Assembly (NCBI GenBank): GCA_002269645.1
Contig: NIVC01000930.1
Span: 62,001 to 126,000, forward strand
DNA from: Macrostomum lignano
Lineage: Eukaryota
Length of the DNA: 64,000 nucleotides
Direction of reading: 5' to 3'
Within the stretch, counting starts at the first letter, position 1. Every line of letters starts with the position of its first letter. Positions 23,701 to 34,805 of this stretch are shown here, piece by piece. The notes under the pieces were generated by a model. That model saw only the letters and a list, made by a program, of their open reading frames with translations. It was not told the DNA's origin and did not search any database. The translations under genes and the position numbers were made by a program.

Positions 23701-26700
23701 CTTTATGCTGTTTGCTGTATGCTGTATGCTGTATGCTGTTGACTGTATGCTGTTTACTGTATGCTGTATGCTGTATGCTGTATGCTGTATGCTGTATGCT
23801 GTATGCTGTATGCTGTATGCAGTATGCTGTATGCTGTATGCTGTTTACTGTATGCTGTATGCTGTATGCTGTTTACTGAATGCTGTATTCTGTATACTAC
23901 TATACATCATAGTCACTTTGATGTATAGTACATAGTGTACTTTTTATTATATGAACTATAAGTTTTGGAATTCTGAACACTTTAATCCCAACAGAGCTAC
24001 GACAGATCATACTACACCATTACTAGCCACACTAAATTGTAAAAGCAGCCAGGCAAACCACTCGCTTATAAACTTTTTTTACGATGTCGCCGTTGATCAA
24101 TAATTTATTCACACGCAAGCCTACCCGATCTAAGTAACTCTGCAAGCTGAGGGTGGCTTTTTCCTAATAGAGATTTTCCTATAAATACATGTATCACAAT
24201 GGCGTGTAAGTCCCCGAGTCTATGCAATAATCCTCGCATATCAACACACATTTTTTTTATAATCTGAAAGCGCAGAAAAAAGGTTTTCGCGAAAAGGCTT
24301 CTAATCCTGATGGAACAGGGGCTTCTTGAAGCTTGCTTGGCTCTCTTTGGCATTGAATCGGAATTTTTAGAGAAGTTCTGCATGAGAGAAATATTTGAGT
24401 GGCTATTTTTGTAAGAGAATACAAGAGCTTATCATACAGTGAAATCCAACAACAGATCAATGCAGTGTAGGGACATTTATTGGAAATAATTGAAGCCTAA
24501 GATTTCGCGGGGACACGGGAAATGGAAACGTAGATGGGTTTGAAAATTATAGAGATTTCAAATCTGCAGGAGGATTAGGCGATGGGGCAGGGTAAAAAAG
24601 GAAAAGGAGAGGGGTAGGGTAAGCAGGGAGGGGTAGATAGAGAAGAGTAGATAGGGAAGAGTAGATAGGCAAGGGTAGATAGGCAAGGGTAGATAGGGAA
24701 GGGTAGATACGGAAGGGTAGATAGGCAAGGGTAGATAGGCAAGGGTAGATAGGGAAGGGTAGATAGGCAAGGGTAGATAGGGAAGGGTAGATATGGAAGG
24801 GTAGATAGGGAAGGGTAGGGAAGGTTAGACAGGAACGGGTAGATAGGGAAGGGTAGATAGGGAAGGGTAGATAGGGAAGGGTAGATAGGGAAGGTTAGAC
24901 AGGAACGGGTAGATAGGGAAGGGTAGATAGGGAAGGTTAGACAGGAACGGGTAGATAGGGAAGGGTAGATAGGGAAGGGTAGATAGGGAAGGGTAGATAG
25001 GGAAGGGTAGATACGGAAGGGTAGATAGGCAAGGGTAGATAGGCAAGGGTAGATAGGGAAGGGTAGATAGGGAAGGGTAGATAGGGAAGGGTAGATAGGG
25101 AAGGGTAGATAGGGAAGGGTAGGGAAGGTTAGACAGGAACGGGTAGATAGGGAAGGGTAGATAGGGAAGGGTAGATAGGGAAGGGTAGATAGGGAAGGTT
25201 AGACAGGAACGGGTAGATAGGGAAGGGTAGATAGGGAACGTTAGACAGGAACGGGTAGATAGGGAAGGGTAGATAGGGAAGGGTAGATAGGGAAGGGTAG
25301 ATAGGGAAGGTTAGACAGGAACGGGTAGATAGGGAAGGGTAGATAGGGAAGGGTAGATAGGGAAGGGTAGATAGGGAAGGTTAGACAGGAACGGGTAGAT
25401 AGGGAAGGGTAGATAGGGAAGGGTAGATAGGCAAGGGTAGATATGGAAGGGAGGGGGCTCATATTGATTGAGATTGAAAGGAAAGAGGCGAGGAAGGGAA
25501 GGAGCGAAGGGGAATATGGGAAAAGGCTTAGAGAGAAAGAAGATGGAGAGGAATAGAGAGAGAAGTTACATGTAGGCATTGCCCGAGAAAGAGCCATCGC
25601 GGGTTCAAGCATTATGGCATTTGTTGGCATGAGTCCATTAAATAGAATTTTCTTGCTAGCCACAGGCATGGACAGCTGTTGCAGCAGAATCAACATCAAA
25701 TTCTCCCCAACTGGGAATTCGCAACCCGATGTCGCTTGGTGCGGAAAAAATAATTCTTTATTAGCCAGTATCGTCTCATAAAATCAATATTTTGATGTGA
25801 ATTATAAGATGCAGACGGACCGGACGGCTCTGCAATGGGAAAAATTTCACAAGCGCGAAAATTGAAAGGCTCTGTATAATGCAGGTTCGTTAAAGTAGCT
25901 AGAAATTTTGACTTGAGAAATAGAGATACAGAAGGGGAGGGAGAGAGAAAGCAGAAAGGGGGAGAAAATGGTTGAGTGGGAGGGGTAGAGAGCGAGGGGG
26001 AGAGCAAGGGGAAGAAAGGAGATGAGAGAGAGGAGATGAGTAGAGAGGGAGGGGGAGAATAAAGATGGGAGAGAGGAGATGAGTAGAGAGGGAGGGGAAG
26101 AGAGGGAGGGGGAGAGAGGGAGGGGAGAGAGGGAGGGGAGAGACGGAGGGGAGGGGAGAGAGGGAGGGTGGAGAGGGAGGGGAGAGGGAGAGGGGGACTG
26201 GGAGGGAGGGGAGAGGGAGAGGGGGAGAGGGAGAGAGGGGAGAGAGAGAGAGGGGAGAGAGAGAGGGGAGAGGGAGGGGAGAGAGGTAAGCAAGCGGCCA
26301 GTATCAGGGATATTATAGAAGAACGAGTGGAACTCCTCCTTCGGAGGAGAAAGGGGAAGAACTCCCATCACCGGAATTCCATTCCCTGAAATATCTATCA
26401 ACTGAAATTCCATGTCTTTAACCCTATCTTCCAAATCGTCTCCAAATTCTTTACAAAATCTTTCAAAGACCATAGCTCAAAGACTCTCAAGTCTCTCATA
26501 TCTCCTCTCTCCTCTCTCTCATCTCATCTCTACCCCTGCTCCCTTATTTATCTCTTCTCCCTCGTCTTTCGTCTGTACCTTCTCCTGTCTTCTGTCTCCT
26601 CTCTTCACTCTTATCTCTCCCTCTTCTCTCCTCTCTCATATTTCATCTCTACTCACTTATCTATCGTCTCTCTTAACCCTCTCTCTCTCTTCTCTTTTCT

Positions 26701-29700
26701 CTTCTCTCTGCTCTCATTTCTCATATTTCATATACGCTCTGACACTACTTTCTTGTCTCCCATCTTTCTTCCTCCTTTTCACTATCCCCTGTCTCTTCTC
26801 TTCTCTCTTTTCTATTCTCTCCATTCTCTCTTTTCTCCTTTCCTTGATCCTTTCATCTCTCTCCTCTCTCCTCACTGTCTTCTCCTCTCGCTTCTCTCCC
26901 TCCTCTCTCTCCTCTCATCTATACTACCTTATTTATATCTTCTCCCTGGTCTTTCGTCTCTACTCTCTCCTGTCTCATTTCTCCCCTCTTTTCTCCTCTC
27001 TTCTCTCTCCCCTCCTCACTCATCTCTCATCCCTCATCTCACTCCTTCTTTCTCCTCTACTCTCCCCTCTTTTCTATTACCTCTGTACGCTCTTATCCCT
27101 CATCTCTATTCTCTCTCCTATCATCTCTCTTGTCTCCCTCTGCTATCTCATATCTCCCCTCTCGTCTCCTCTCTCCTCTTCTCTTCTCTCTCCTTCGTTT
27201 CCGCCTTACTTCCCTCTTCTCTCCCATCTGTCATGTCTAATTTCTCCACTCATTTCTCCTCTGTTTTCTACCCACTCATCTCTCTTCTTTTTTCATTCTT
27301 CTCTTTACTCTCTTCTCTGACTGATTGAAGATGCCAAATCCATCAAGATCCTCTCCGCGAAGCAGTCTGTGCAACTGAAAACCATCGAAATCCTCTCCGT
27401 AAAACTGAAAACCATCGAAATCCTCTCAGCGAAACAGAAATCCTGTCCGTGAAACTGATAACCATCGAAATTCTCTCTTTAAAACTGGACTCAATCGAAA
27501 TTTTCTCCGTCAAAAAGAATAAAATATCATGATTCACTGGTTAGGGTTATTGTTAGGGTTAGGGTTAGGGTTAGAGCTACACACAGCTGCGTGTCCAAAT
27601 AAAAAAAATTGAAACAATTGAATCAATTGATTGCGCAACAGATTTCTCAGTCAGTCAGTATCAGTCTCAGTTAAAGTTAACAAAAAGATTGCGCAATTTA
27701 AATCAACCCTCCAGTACACAGAGACCGACCCCTTTTCAATACGCAGTGGCAATTAGAAATTGAACCCCCAACTGTTGGGGGCATTGAACTAAAAATGAGT
27801 ACAATCTTTGCAGAAAGCTAAAAGTATGGAAATAGTTTTTTTATGCTGTGCTTTTAGTCTTTATATTTAAAGCAAACAATTTATATCCTTGAACTCAGCG
27901 TTGCAAGATCTTTTCAGCAGTATAAGTCTCTTCTCTTAAAGTTTAGAACTCGGAGAGCAGTAAGCATTTGAAAGTTCCCGTTTTAAAGCATTGAAATATC
28001 GAGTGTACGTTCACTGCCTGCCAAAGAGGCTCGCAAGTTTATTCATTAATTACACACGCCGGCTATTACACAGGGCAGCCTATTGAAAGGCACAGATAAT
28101 AAAACAAATTGATGGCGCAACCGATTTCACAGTCAGTCAGTATCAGTCTCAGTTAAAGTTAACAAAAACATTGCGCAATCTAAATCAACCCTCCAATACA
28201 CAGCAGCAGTGAGAAGTTAAACCCTCCCCCAACTTTAACTATTACGTCTCGCAAAACTGAGTACAATTTTTGCAGAAAGTTAAAAGTATGGAAATACTTT
28301 TTCAAAAATCTAAATCAACCCTCCAATACACAGCAGCAGTGAGAAGTTAAACCCTCCCCCAACTTTATCTATTACGTCTCGCAAAACTGAGTACAATTTT
28401 TGCAGAAAGTTAAAAGTATGGAAATACTTTTTCAAATGCTGTGCTTTTTCTTTTCATATTTAAAGCAAACAACTTATATCCCCGAACTCAGCGTTGCAAG
28501 ATCTTTCCAGCAATATAAGTTTCTCCTCTCAAAGTTTAAAACTCGAGGAACAGTTAGCGTTTAAAATTTACCGATTTCCCGACTGCTTGCTAGAGAAGCT
28601 CGCAAGTTTATTCATTGAATTTCACTGCCCAGCTAATACACAGGGCCGATAATAAAACCAATTGAATCTCGGCACAGTTCTATCTGTTTACAACAGCTAT
28701 GTACACTCAGCCCAAGCCCAACCCCCCGTTCCGGGGGAATCATTAAATTTAACTCAACCCCTCAACTCGCGGGGGTTTTATTTGCATTGAACGCAGAACA
28801 CGCGCACCCACCACCCCTCAATACACAGCGGCCCGCGGGCGGAGGTTGGGGTGGCTATTTTTACAAACTGGCTGAAGCCCCAGGCAGAGTGGCAAAAGAA
28901 GGTCATTGGGGGTCAAAAAAGCAGTTTTCTGCTTTTTTGAGGATCTTAGAAATTAAAATTTCAGAATTAAAATAGCCTATAGCCGACCTCGGATAATTTC
29001 CAATCTTCCCATATAAGTTTCAACGCTGAGTTGCCACTATTCAAGGAGGAGTTGTCGAAATGACAGACAGACACACAGACAGACAGACAAACAACGCGTC
29101 AACTTTAGTATATATAGATAGATAGATAGACGAGTGGAACTCCTCCTTCGGAGGAGAAAGGGGAAGAACTCCCATCACCGGAATTCCATTCCCTGAAATA
29201 TCCATCAACTGACATTCCATGTCTTGAACCCTATCTTCCAAATCGTCTCCAAATTCTTTACAAAACCTTTCAAAGACCATAGCTCAAAGACTCTCAAGTC
29301 TCTCATATCTCCTCTCTCCTCTCTTCACTGATATCGTGACTCTCTTCTCTCTCCTCTCTCCCATCTCATCTCTACCCCTACTCCCTTATTTGTCTCTTCT
29401 CCCTCGTCTTTCGTCTGTACCCTCTTCTGTCTCCTGTCTCCTGTCTCTTATCTCTCCCTCTTCTCTCCTCTCCCGTATGTCATCTCTAATCTCTCCTCTC
29501 TCATATCTACTCTCTTTTCTCTCCCATTGGAAGAACTCCTATCACCAGAATTCAATTCCCTGAACTTCATTAGCTGAATTCCATGACCCGAGTTCCATCA
29601 TCCAAGTCCTCTCTGAAGACAAAAGATCCTCTCCGTGAAACTGGACTCAATCGAAATTTACTTCGTCAGACAGAACTCAACTCTCAGGATTCAGTGGCTA

Positions 29701-30655
29701 GGGTTAGGGTTAGGGTTTGAGTTACACACAGCTGCGTGTTGAAAGGCACCAATAATAAAAAATTGAACTATTTAAAGCAACAGATTGAGCAATCGATTTC
29801 TCAGTCAGCCAGTATCAGTCTCAGTTCAAGTTAGCAAAATGATTGCGCAATTTAAATCAACCATCCAATACACAGCGACCGCCCCCCTTCCAATACGCAG
29901 TGGCAAGTAGACGTTGAACCCCCCAACTTTATCTCTGACCTGTCGCAAAAATAAGTACAATCTTTGCAAAAGTATGGAAATCGTTTTTTGAATGCTGTAT
30001 TTTTAGTTATTATCATATTTAAAGCAAACAACTTATATCCCCGAACTCAGCGCTGCAAGCTCTTTCCAGCAATAAAAGTCTCGTCTCTCAAAGTTCAAAA
30101 ATCGAGCAACAGTTAGCGTTTGAAACTTTCTGATTTAAAGCATTGAAATATCGAGTGTACGTTCACTGCCTGCAGCAGAGGGAGGCTCGCAAGTTTATTC
30201 ATTGAATTTAACTGTCCAAAACTACACAGGGCAGCCTATTGAAAATCAGAACACATATCGTTGCGCAATTGTCTATCTATACAATCAGCCAGTGAGCTAG
30301 GGTCCGATTGTACACACGCAGCCACTGAGAATGCGACCATCCCCCACTGGAGAGAAAATACACTGTAGAGATAGGAGACAGTTGTGGCGCAATCACTCAA
30401 AATTCATGCAAATTTTCAGCTCCAAGCAGAAAGAGGGGACAATTAAGATTATCAAAGGTCAAGACCACCGTTTTCTGCTTTTTTAGGGATCTTAAAATGT
30501 AAAAATGCAATATTAAAATAGCCTAAAGCCATCCTCGGTAAATTTGCAGTTTTCCAATATAAGTTTCAACGCTGAGTTGCAAGTATTCTAGGAGGAGTTA
30601 TGCAACAGACAAACAAACACACAAACATCGCACCAACTTTAGTATATACAGATAG

Positions 30656-30700
<45 letters not shown>

Positions 30701-32409
30701 CGAATCACGCAGGAGCAGCGCAGCACTTCTCCGCCAGCTCACATCCGAGTCTCCATATCCGATCGAATGCAGGAATAACCAGGCTGTATCCTTCGCCTCT
30801 GCCTCACATTTGTGTACACTGTGACATTATAGATGGCAAAGTGGCTGGGGCCCAGCTGCAGCAGCAGCAGCTCCTTCAGACTAAGTGGCCCTTACCTCGT
30901 GCGAAACTGTTAGTCAGTAATTATGCCTCAGAATATGAGGGCAAGCCAGGTGCAGTAGGCTTTCATTATTCATTTTTAATTATTTTTAAAATGGGCTTCC
31001 CCTAAGCGCACTCGAAAAAAATCGAAATATCCAAATTAATACCCGAAAATACCCCAAAGTTTTTATATTCTCATAGGAAAATACTCTAAACAATTTTCAT
31101 ATTCCCTTATAAAAAATACCACAAGATGTCCTCTCCAGGATGTGCCAGTCATTGCAAATCACATTATTCTCAAACATCTAGGACTGGATGCAATGGAATA
31201 CATTGACAGGCCGTGTTTTACAATTACAGTTCAGCGCATAAATAGATGATGAAGTGATAAAGCTGAGCAACCGTTTCAATCGCAGGCTCATCGCGCTATT
31301 TAACTTGATCTCCATTGCAACTGCAGCCACGATTTTACATTCACGTGAGCGGAGATCAATAAAATTGAAAATAAGCCACCAAATTCGCTCAAACTCTGAA
31401 AGTTCTCAAAAATTACGCCCACACATTAACTGATTTCTTAAGAGACTACTGAAAATCACCTAGATACCCGACTCTTCCAGCCGTTTGATCTGTCGCACGC
31501 ACTTCTCTTTTTTTACTTTTGATCTTACCGCCTCACTCTCGATCCTTATCTTTGATCTTACCGCCTCACTCTCGATCCTTATCTTTGATCTTACCGCCTC
31601 ACTCTCGATCCTTATCTTTGATCTGATCGCCTCACTCTCGATCCTTATCTTTTGATCTGATCGCCTCACTCTCGATCCTTTTCTTTTGATCTGACCGCCT
31701 CACTCTCGATCCTTTTCTTTTGATCTGACCGCCTCACTCTCGATCCTTTTGATATTACCGCTTCACTCTCGATCCTTTTGATCTGACCGCCTCACTCTCG
31801 ATCCTTATCTTTTGATATTACCGCTTCACTCTCGATCCAATTGATCTGACCGCCTCACTCTCGATCCTTGTCTTTTGATCTGAGACCGCTTCACTCTCCC
31901 ATCTCCCTATCCTTTGATCTGACCGACTTCAACTCTCATTATCTTTTTATCTAACCGGCACTGATAACCCCCCCCCCCCAGACCACTCGGACCTGTGGAA
32001 GGAGATGCAGTCAGCCGTGAGTCGCCTACGCGAGGACCGGCACTCGATCTGTCCGGAGACCGTGGTCGCCATGGACCAGCCGCTGCTGCTCACGGACGGC
32101 CAGGACGTCCTGCGATTTGTCCGCCAACTGCAGCTGGACGGCCATCTCGGCCAGATGATGCGGGCCAACTCGATGCCGACCTTGAGCAGCGTAGAGTCCT
32201 CCGAGCTCACGGGCATGCTGGACTCGGACGAGCCGCCTGCGGGATCGGCAGGGGGGAAGGACGACCTGCCGCTGCAGTCAACTGAGGACCAGGTGGGCTG
32301 CCTGCAGCAGCAGCGGGCCAGCAACCGGACGAAACAGCAGCGCAGGTACAAGCGGACAGTGTCCGAGGGCTGCGGCATGGCGGCACAGGCGACTCTGCTG
32401 AAGGGCTAG
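11730..32409 (+). CDS. 4-exon gene, ~350 aa unknown protein with an N-terminal hydrophobic segment and basic patch
   Basis: Exons 11730-11844, 13742-13981, 16591-16860, 31982-32409; all GT-AG and phase 1; 1053 nt total, open to TAG. Exon 1/2 join reads KVAVGVAKGTAMIVCTIAAGLGATAIVAYGLASPFYYGGRKLVRKIRRHR. A possible extra phase-1 exon lies at 30713-30916 (or 30949). Confidence 0.65.
11935..12650. repeat. 29-bp minisatellite GCAGGGTGTGAGAGTGCAGGGAGCTAAAT
   Basis: Direct reading; intron 1. Confidence 0.97.
13095..13720. repeat. 22-bp CT-rich and 11-bp CTACCCCAACY minisatellites
   Basis: Direct reading; intron 1, ending ~20 bp before the acceptor. Confidence 0.93.
14011..15255. repeat. 15-bp minisatellite TCCCACACTCTCAGA
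   Basis: Direct reading; intron 2. Confidence 0.98.
15640..16520. repeat. 21-bp minisatellite CCGAATCCTCATTTCCCCATT
   Basis: Direct reading; intron 2. Confidence 0.96.
16870..18295. repeat. 7-bp satellite TGCTGTA and variants
   Basis: Starts ~10 bp after the exon 3 donor. Confidence 0.97.
18036..20270. repeat. Direct duplication, copy A
   Basis: Satellite tail + unique AT-rich block + 14-bp TAGATAGGGAAGGG array + unique block + GA-rich tract, repeated at 23616-26090 with scattered substitutions. Confidence 0.93.
20336..20373 (-). ncRNA. Minimal type I hammerhead ribozyme motif
   Basis: Minus strand GGC-CUGACGA-A-GAGCC(CAGA)GGCUC-GAAA-CCG-GUA-GCC: stem I GGC/GCC, 5-bp stem II, palindromic ACCGGU at stem III; predicted cut after GUA (20339/20338). 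Confidence 0.85.
20749..22986 (-). CDS. PLE reverse transcriptase + GIY-YIG endonuclease (frame open from ~23088; first ATG only at 22827)
   Basis: LSESETRLLDKGLNFIP, CDVQSLYSMIP, GTAMGRIFAPSYACLFM, YFRYIDDIF, Cys linker PCGSSRCKCC, IIYGISC...FYVGMTRRTMRDRMNQH. No stops or frameshifts. Confidence 0.95.
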   Translation of the reverse strand, partial: FKLADYCRPPKLEGNILNLHPTFKLSESETRLLDKGLNFIPTQALDFDELRNCMTEFHRKLFWKDFFKKRGLANTSPPPFTGKSGKEVPLRLRRDECNLLVLENQNLVENLTTVQIKSNLEAPETRAIQRLKRNSSVLIKKADKGNAVVIMHPKDYEFAAYNQLFDTDAYQQLDQPLQPVTAELIRGIFLNLCNRKFISKKQCAFLCPGENFRPRHFYLLPKIHKDPATWLIPFRVPAGRPIVSGCSSEAIGAEKYIDFFLKPIAQAQPTFIKDSYDFKAHLMDKSCTEGSTLATCDVQSLYSMIPIDQGIAAIQEFFNRYPDPIRPDAEIIKLLELCLYRNDFEFDKMIFLQLRGTAMGRIFAPSYACLFMSLWEETALRTALYKPNIYFRYIDDIFIHWDHPAETLTEFVVHLNSINPNIKLTVSSSSTEVSFLDMTIRKAENRFTTQLFSKETDTHRLLHRQSFHPSHTFKGVVKSQVLRYARICDDYKSFNRAFNSLKSELKQLGYSKIFLRNCKKEVLILMNWTAGPTTNLGLLPKGFHPCGSSRCKCCTHSPPALSAQGLQPASGFLISQSLSCGSKNIIYGISCNQCHPGKIFYVGMTRRTMRDRMNQHRSNINRRVVTSGSEHFLTPNHSIANFVSIAIEQVLNNNKIELREEIWIKKLGTDKPPGTNIRVDNHLLRPIPMVLPFHPSTVWLANEIAKNFDKLQNKPGSRILPAFTRQRNLQSLLAPNKFKSQPGNI
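22977..23615 (-). CDS. PLE upstream ORF (ORF1), 5'-truncated, unknown function
   Basis: Open for over 210 codons from the junction to TAG at 22979-22977; overlaps the RT frame by ~110 nt. Confidence 0.65.
   Translation of the reverse strand, partial: GTTEVASPENGCTSAADDLFVTPPLPRVGLPASPAKRRLPSPDSEDSPGGPERHRPHLNDSPSTFEQPVSLIISRDCRNLVLCPKPFEGLKLPAITEVHEYSLSALPSLLRSAALRNRQCAQSTVLVLPDELLSTDHWRELLSEAIDLLRADSLTRKILLVPSFASGEELTQSLSKKLSPVTLIASPPLKPIVSFSAPDFILALASWLRTLN
22980..22986 (-). promoter_or_regulatory. Candidate -1 ribosomal frameshift heptamer U_UUA_AAC
   Basis: Minus strand ACT TTA AAC TAG in the ORF1 frame; the -1 frame reads TTT AAA CTA GCT into the RT. Confidence 0.65.
23616..26090. repeat. 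Direct duplication, copy B
   Basis: Colinear with 18036-20270; the ORF track gives the same 92 aa translation at 18518 and 24105. Confidence 0.93.
26324..29118 (-). mobile_element. Non-autonomous Helitron-like element 1
   Basis: Minus-strand 5' end A|TCTATATATACTAAAGTT; 3' end is a 7-bp hairpin (26333-26349) then TTCCA-CTCG|T; internal (CTGT)n and internal tandem duplications (~27640-28640). Confidence 0.65.
27541..27576 (+). repeat. Short interstitial TTAGGG tract (homologous tract at ~29698-29715)
   Basis: TTAGGGTTATTGTTAGGGTTAGGGTTAGGGTTAGAG, at the same position in both Helitron-like copies. Confidence 0.85.
29131..30652 (-). mobile_element. Non-autonomous Helitron-like element 2, head-to-tail with element 1
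   Basis: Same 3' hairpin + CTCG|T at 29131 and a similar 5' end TCTGTATATACTAAAGTT at 30652, followed by (TAGA)n to ~30700. Confidence 0.65.
31505..31930. repeat. 33-bp minisatellite
   Basis: TTTGATCTTACCGCCTCACTCTCGATCCTTATC and variants, ending ~50 bp before the exon 4 acceptor. Confidence 0.93.
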
Positions 32410-32569
32410 CCGAAGGGATTAAGGATTAATGGATCGTGTTTTGGAGATTAGAGAGCCGGCGGTAATTAATCAGCGAATGAGAGACTTTGTCCCCCCCCCC
32501 TGATTCTGTGCATGCCAGTAATTAATCACAATTTACCACGTGGAGGAGGCAATAGACTCATATTGCTAA

Positions 32570-32900
32570 TGGGATCTCAGCTCATATTGCTGATTCTGTC
32601 CTAATACACAATGGGATCTCACTTCCCTCAATCCAAACACTTGATGGTATGGGATCTCACTTCCCCATCCCATTCTCCCAATACACTATGGGATGGGATC
32701 TCACTTCCCCATCCCATTCTCCCAATACACTATGAGATGGGATCTCACTTCCCCATCCCATTTTCCCAATACACTATGGGATGGGATCTCACTTTCTCAG
32801 CTGATTCTCCCAATACACCGTGGGATGGGATCTCACTTCCCCATCCCATTCTCCCAATACACTATGAGATGGGATCTCAACTTCCCCATCCCATTCGCCC
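32570..32900. repeat. 44-bp minisatellite
   Basis: GGGATCTCACTTCCCCATCCCATTCTCCCAATACACTATGGGAT, period 44. Confidence 0.9.
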
Positions 32901-33829
32901 AATACAATTGCGCATATCTCAGACAAAATTGCAACACAATAATAAAATGGAATGTACCTAAAATACAGTTTTTAAACTTGGAGATTAAACCGTTAACAGA
33001 CAATAACTTTGCATATTTCATTGCAAAATATACGCGTAAAAATGCAATGTATTCCAATTCTTGGCTTCGGCTTATGGATTATTTCGATACAGCTGAATCG
33101 CGTAATCAAGCTCGCAATTCTAAGCTGCACTCTCTCATAGACTTAGGAAATTCAAGAACACGGGTTAAATTTTTGTTGCGCACCTTCTCAAACAAGAATC
33201 AATTGTAGCCAGCCCACCGGACCGTCTAGAGATATTCAACAGTTCTGCCAGAAGGTCGGATTTTTTCCCTTAAGCGCCAGTGTATTCAATACACCCCTCA
33301 GTGCGGTCTTGCCAATTAAAGCCTTCAAATTTTATCAGCGTTGACCACCTGTCTGCATCAGCTCTGATTTCTGCTTCTGGAACTTCGACAGGTGACACCA
33401 TGCAGGCGACTATGGACACCAGGGGAAATCCCCATTCTTGGTAGTTCTACTGTTAAGAAAACAATCAAGTAGAGAATTTCAAAGCCTGTATTCTGACCCC
33501 GGCTATTGTCGAGTGCAGTTCCGTGGCAGTGGGTGAACTGTGAGCATTGACAATTGCTCACAAAATGGCTGAATTCAGGGGGGCTGCGTAAGTGATGTAC
33601 TAACCGCGGCCACCTCTGCTTAACTTTTACAGGCGCTGGCCCTCTTTGTATCTACATTCTACATGTATGTCAACAATAATGATAATAATAATAATATCTG
33701 ATTACACCTTCCCTAATGTGCAGATGTGCAACCGACAGCTCAGCCGCAGCTATTGCGCGGCGCATCTGAAGGCTGCGTACGGCTGTTCAGTCCAAGGACT
33801 GGGGGGTCGCCACACACTCAGTTACCCCA

Positions 33830-33978
33830 GCTAATGCTGGCACCCATTTTACAGCTGGGTGAACTGAAGCATTGCAGAGTTAAGTGTCTTGCTCAAGGAC
33901 ACAAATTGTTCCGAGTAGGTTGAGAATCGAACCCCCGACCTTTCAGTCGTGAGTCTAATGCTTTGACCCACTGGAGCA
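33830..33978 (+). mobile_element. SINE-like fragment resembling the core/3' region of widespread invertebrate SINEs
   Basis: GCTGGCACCCATTTTACAGCTGGGTGAACTG...GAGTTAAGTGTCTTGCTCAAGGACACAA...GAATCGAACCC; recognised from memory only, no tRNA head seen. Confidence 0.4.
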
Positions 33979-34805
33979 ATTTGTGTCCTTGAGCAAACAT
34001 GTATTATGTCAAAAAAATTAAGAAATAATGAACACAAAAATACGGATAATAAGGCAAGTTTTTTCAATTCTTTATGCGAAAAATGCAGTTTCCCGAATCA
34101 GTCATAATAATTAGTATACTTTTTACTGTCAAATGCTTTCTACAGAACTTGGAGCAGTGCATTTTAAAGGACAAACATCTTTTTCCAAATAATTAAACTG
34201 TCTTGATAGGAGTCACCCGTCAACTGAGGCTGCGGATCCTAAACTTATCAATGAAAATACCTAAATTTTCCTAAAATCGCGGATCAAGGAATCCCAAATT
34301 ATGTGAGAATCTCAACTTATTTTGGCATCCATGCTGATTATAAATCCCTACTGCTGAAATCCATATTTACTTAACATCCCAAGAAAAGAAATCATATAAG
34401 ATCCCAAATCCCTATAAGATCCGAAATCCCTATAAGATCCCAAATCCCTAAAAGATCCGAAATCCCTATAAGATCCCTAGTCGCTATAAGATCCCAAATC
34501 CCTTAAAAATCCCAAATCGATACAATGAGTCCTATACATGTAGGATCCAAATCCAAATCCGTATAAAATCCCAAATCTGAATAGGATCCCAAATCCCTGA
34601 AAGATTCCAAATCCTAATAAGATCCCGAATCCCTATAAGATCCCAAAATCCCTTAAAGATCCAGAAATCTTATAAAATCCCAAATCCCTATAAAATCCAA
34701 ATCCCTAAAAGATTCCAATTTGCTGCTAGAAATCCCAAAACACTCCAATGCTAAACAAATCCTATAGAGTCAAGGAAGTCCCAGCAGATCAGTAGGACAG
34801 GCGGG

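Noticed and set aside
26320-26473. Recurrent ORF MVFERFCKEFGDDLEDRV (also 29280-29130)
   Set aside because: Shared 3' end of the Helitron-like family; differences include non-conservative changes, so no sign of coding selection.
27541-27576. Healed chromosome end or fusion site
   Set aside because: Very short and at the same position in two copies of one repeat family.
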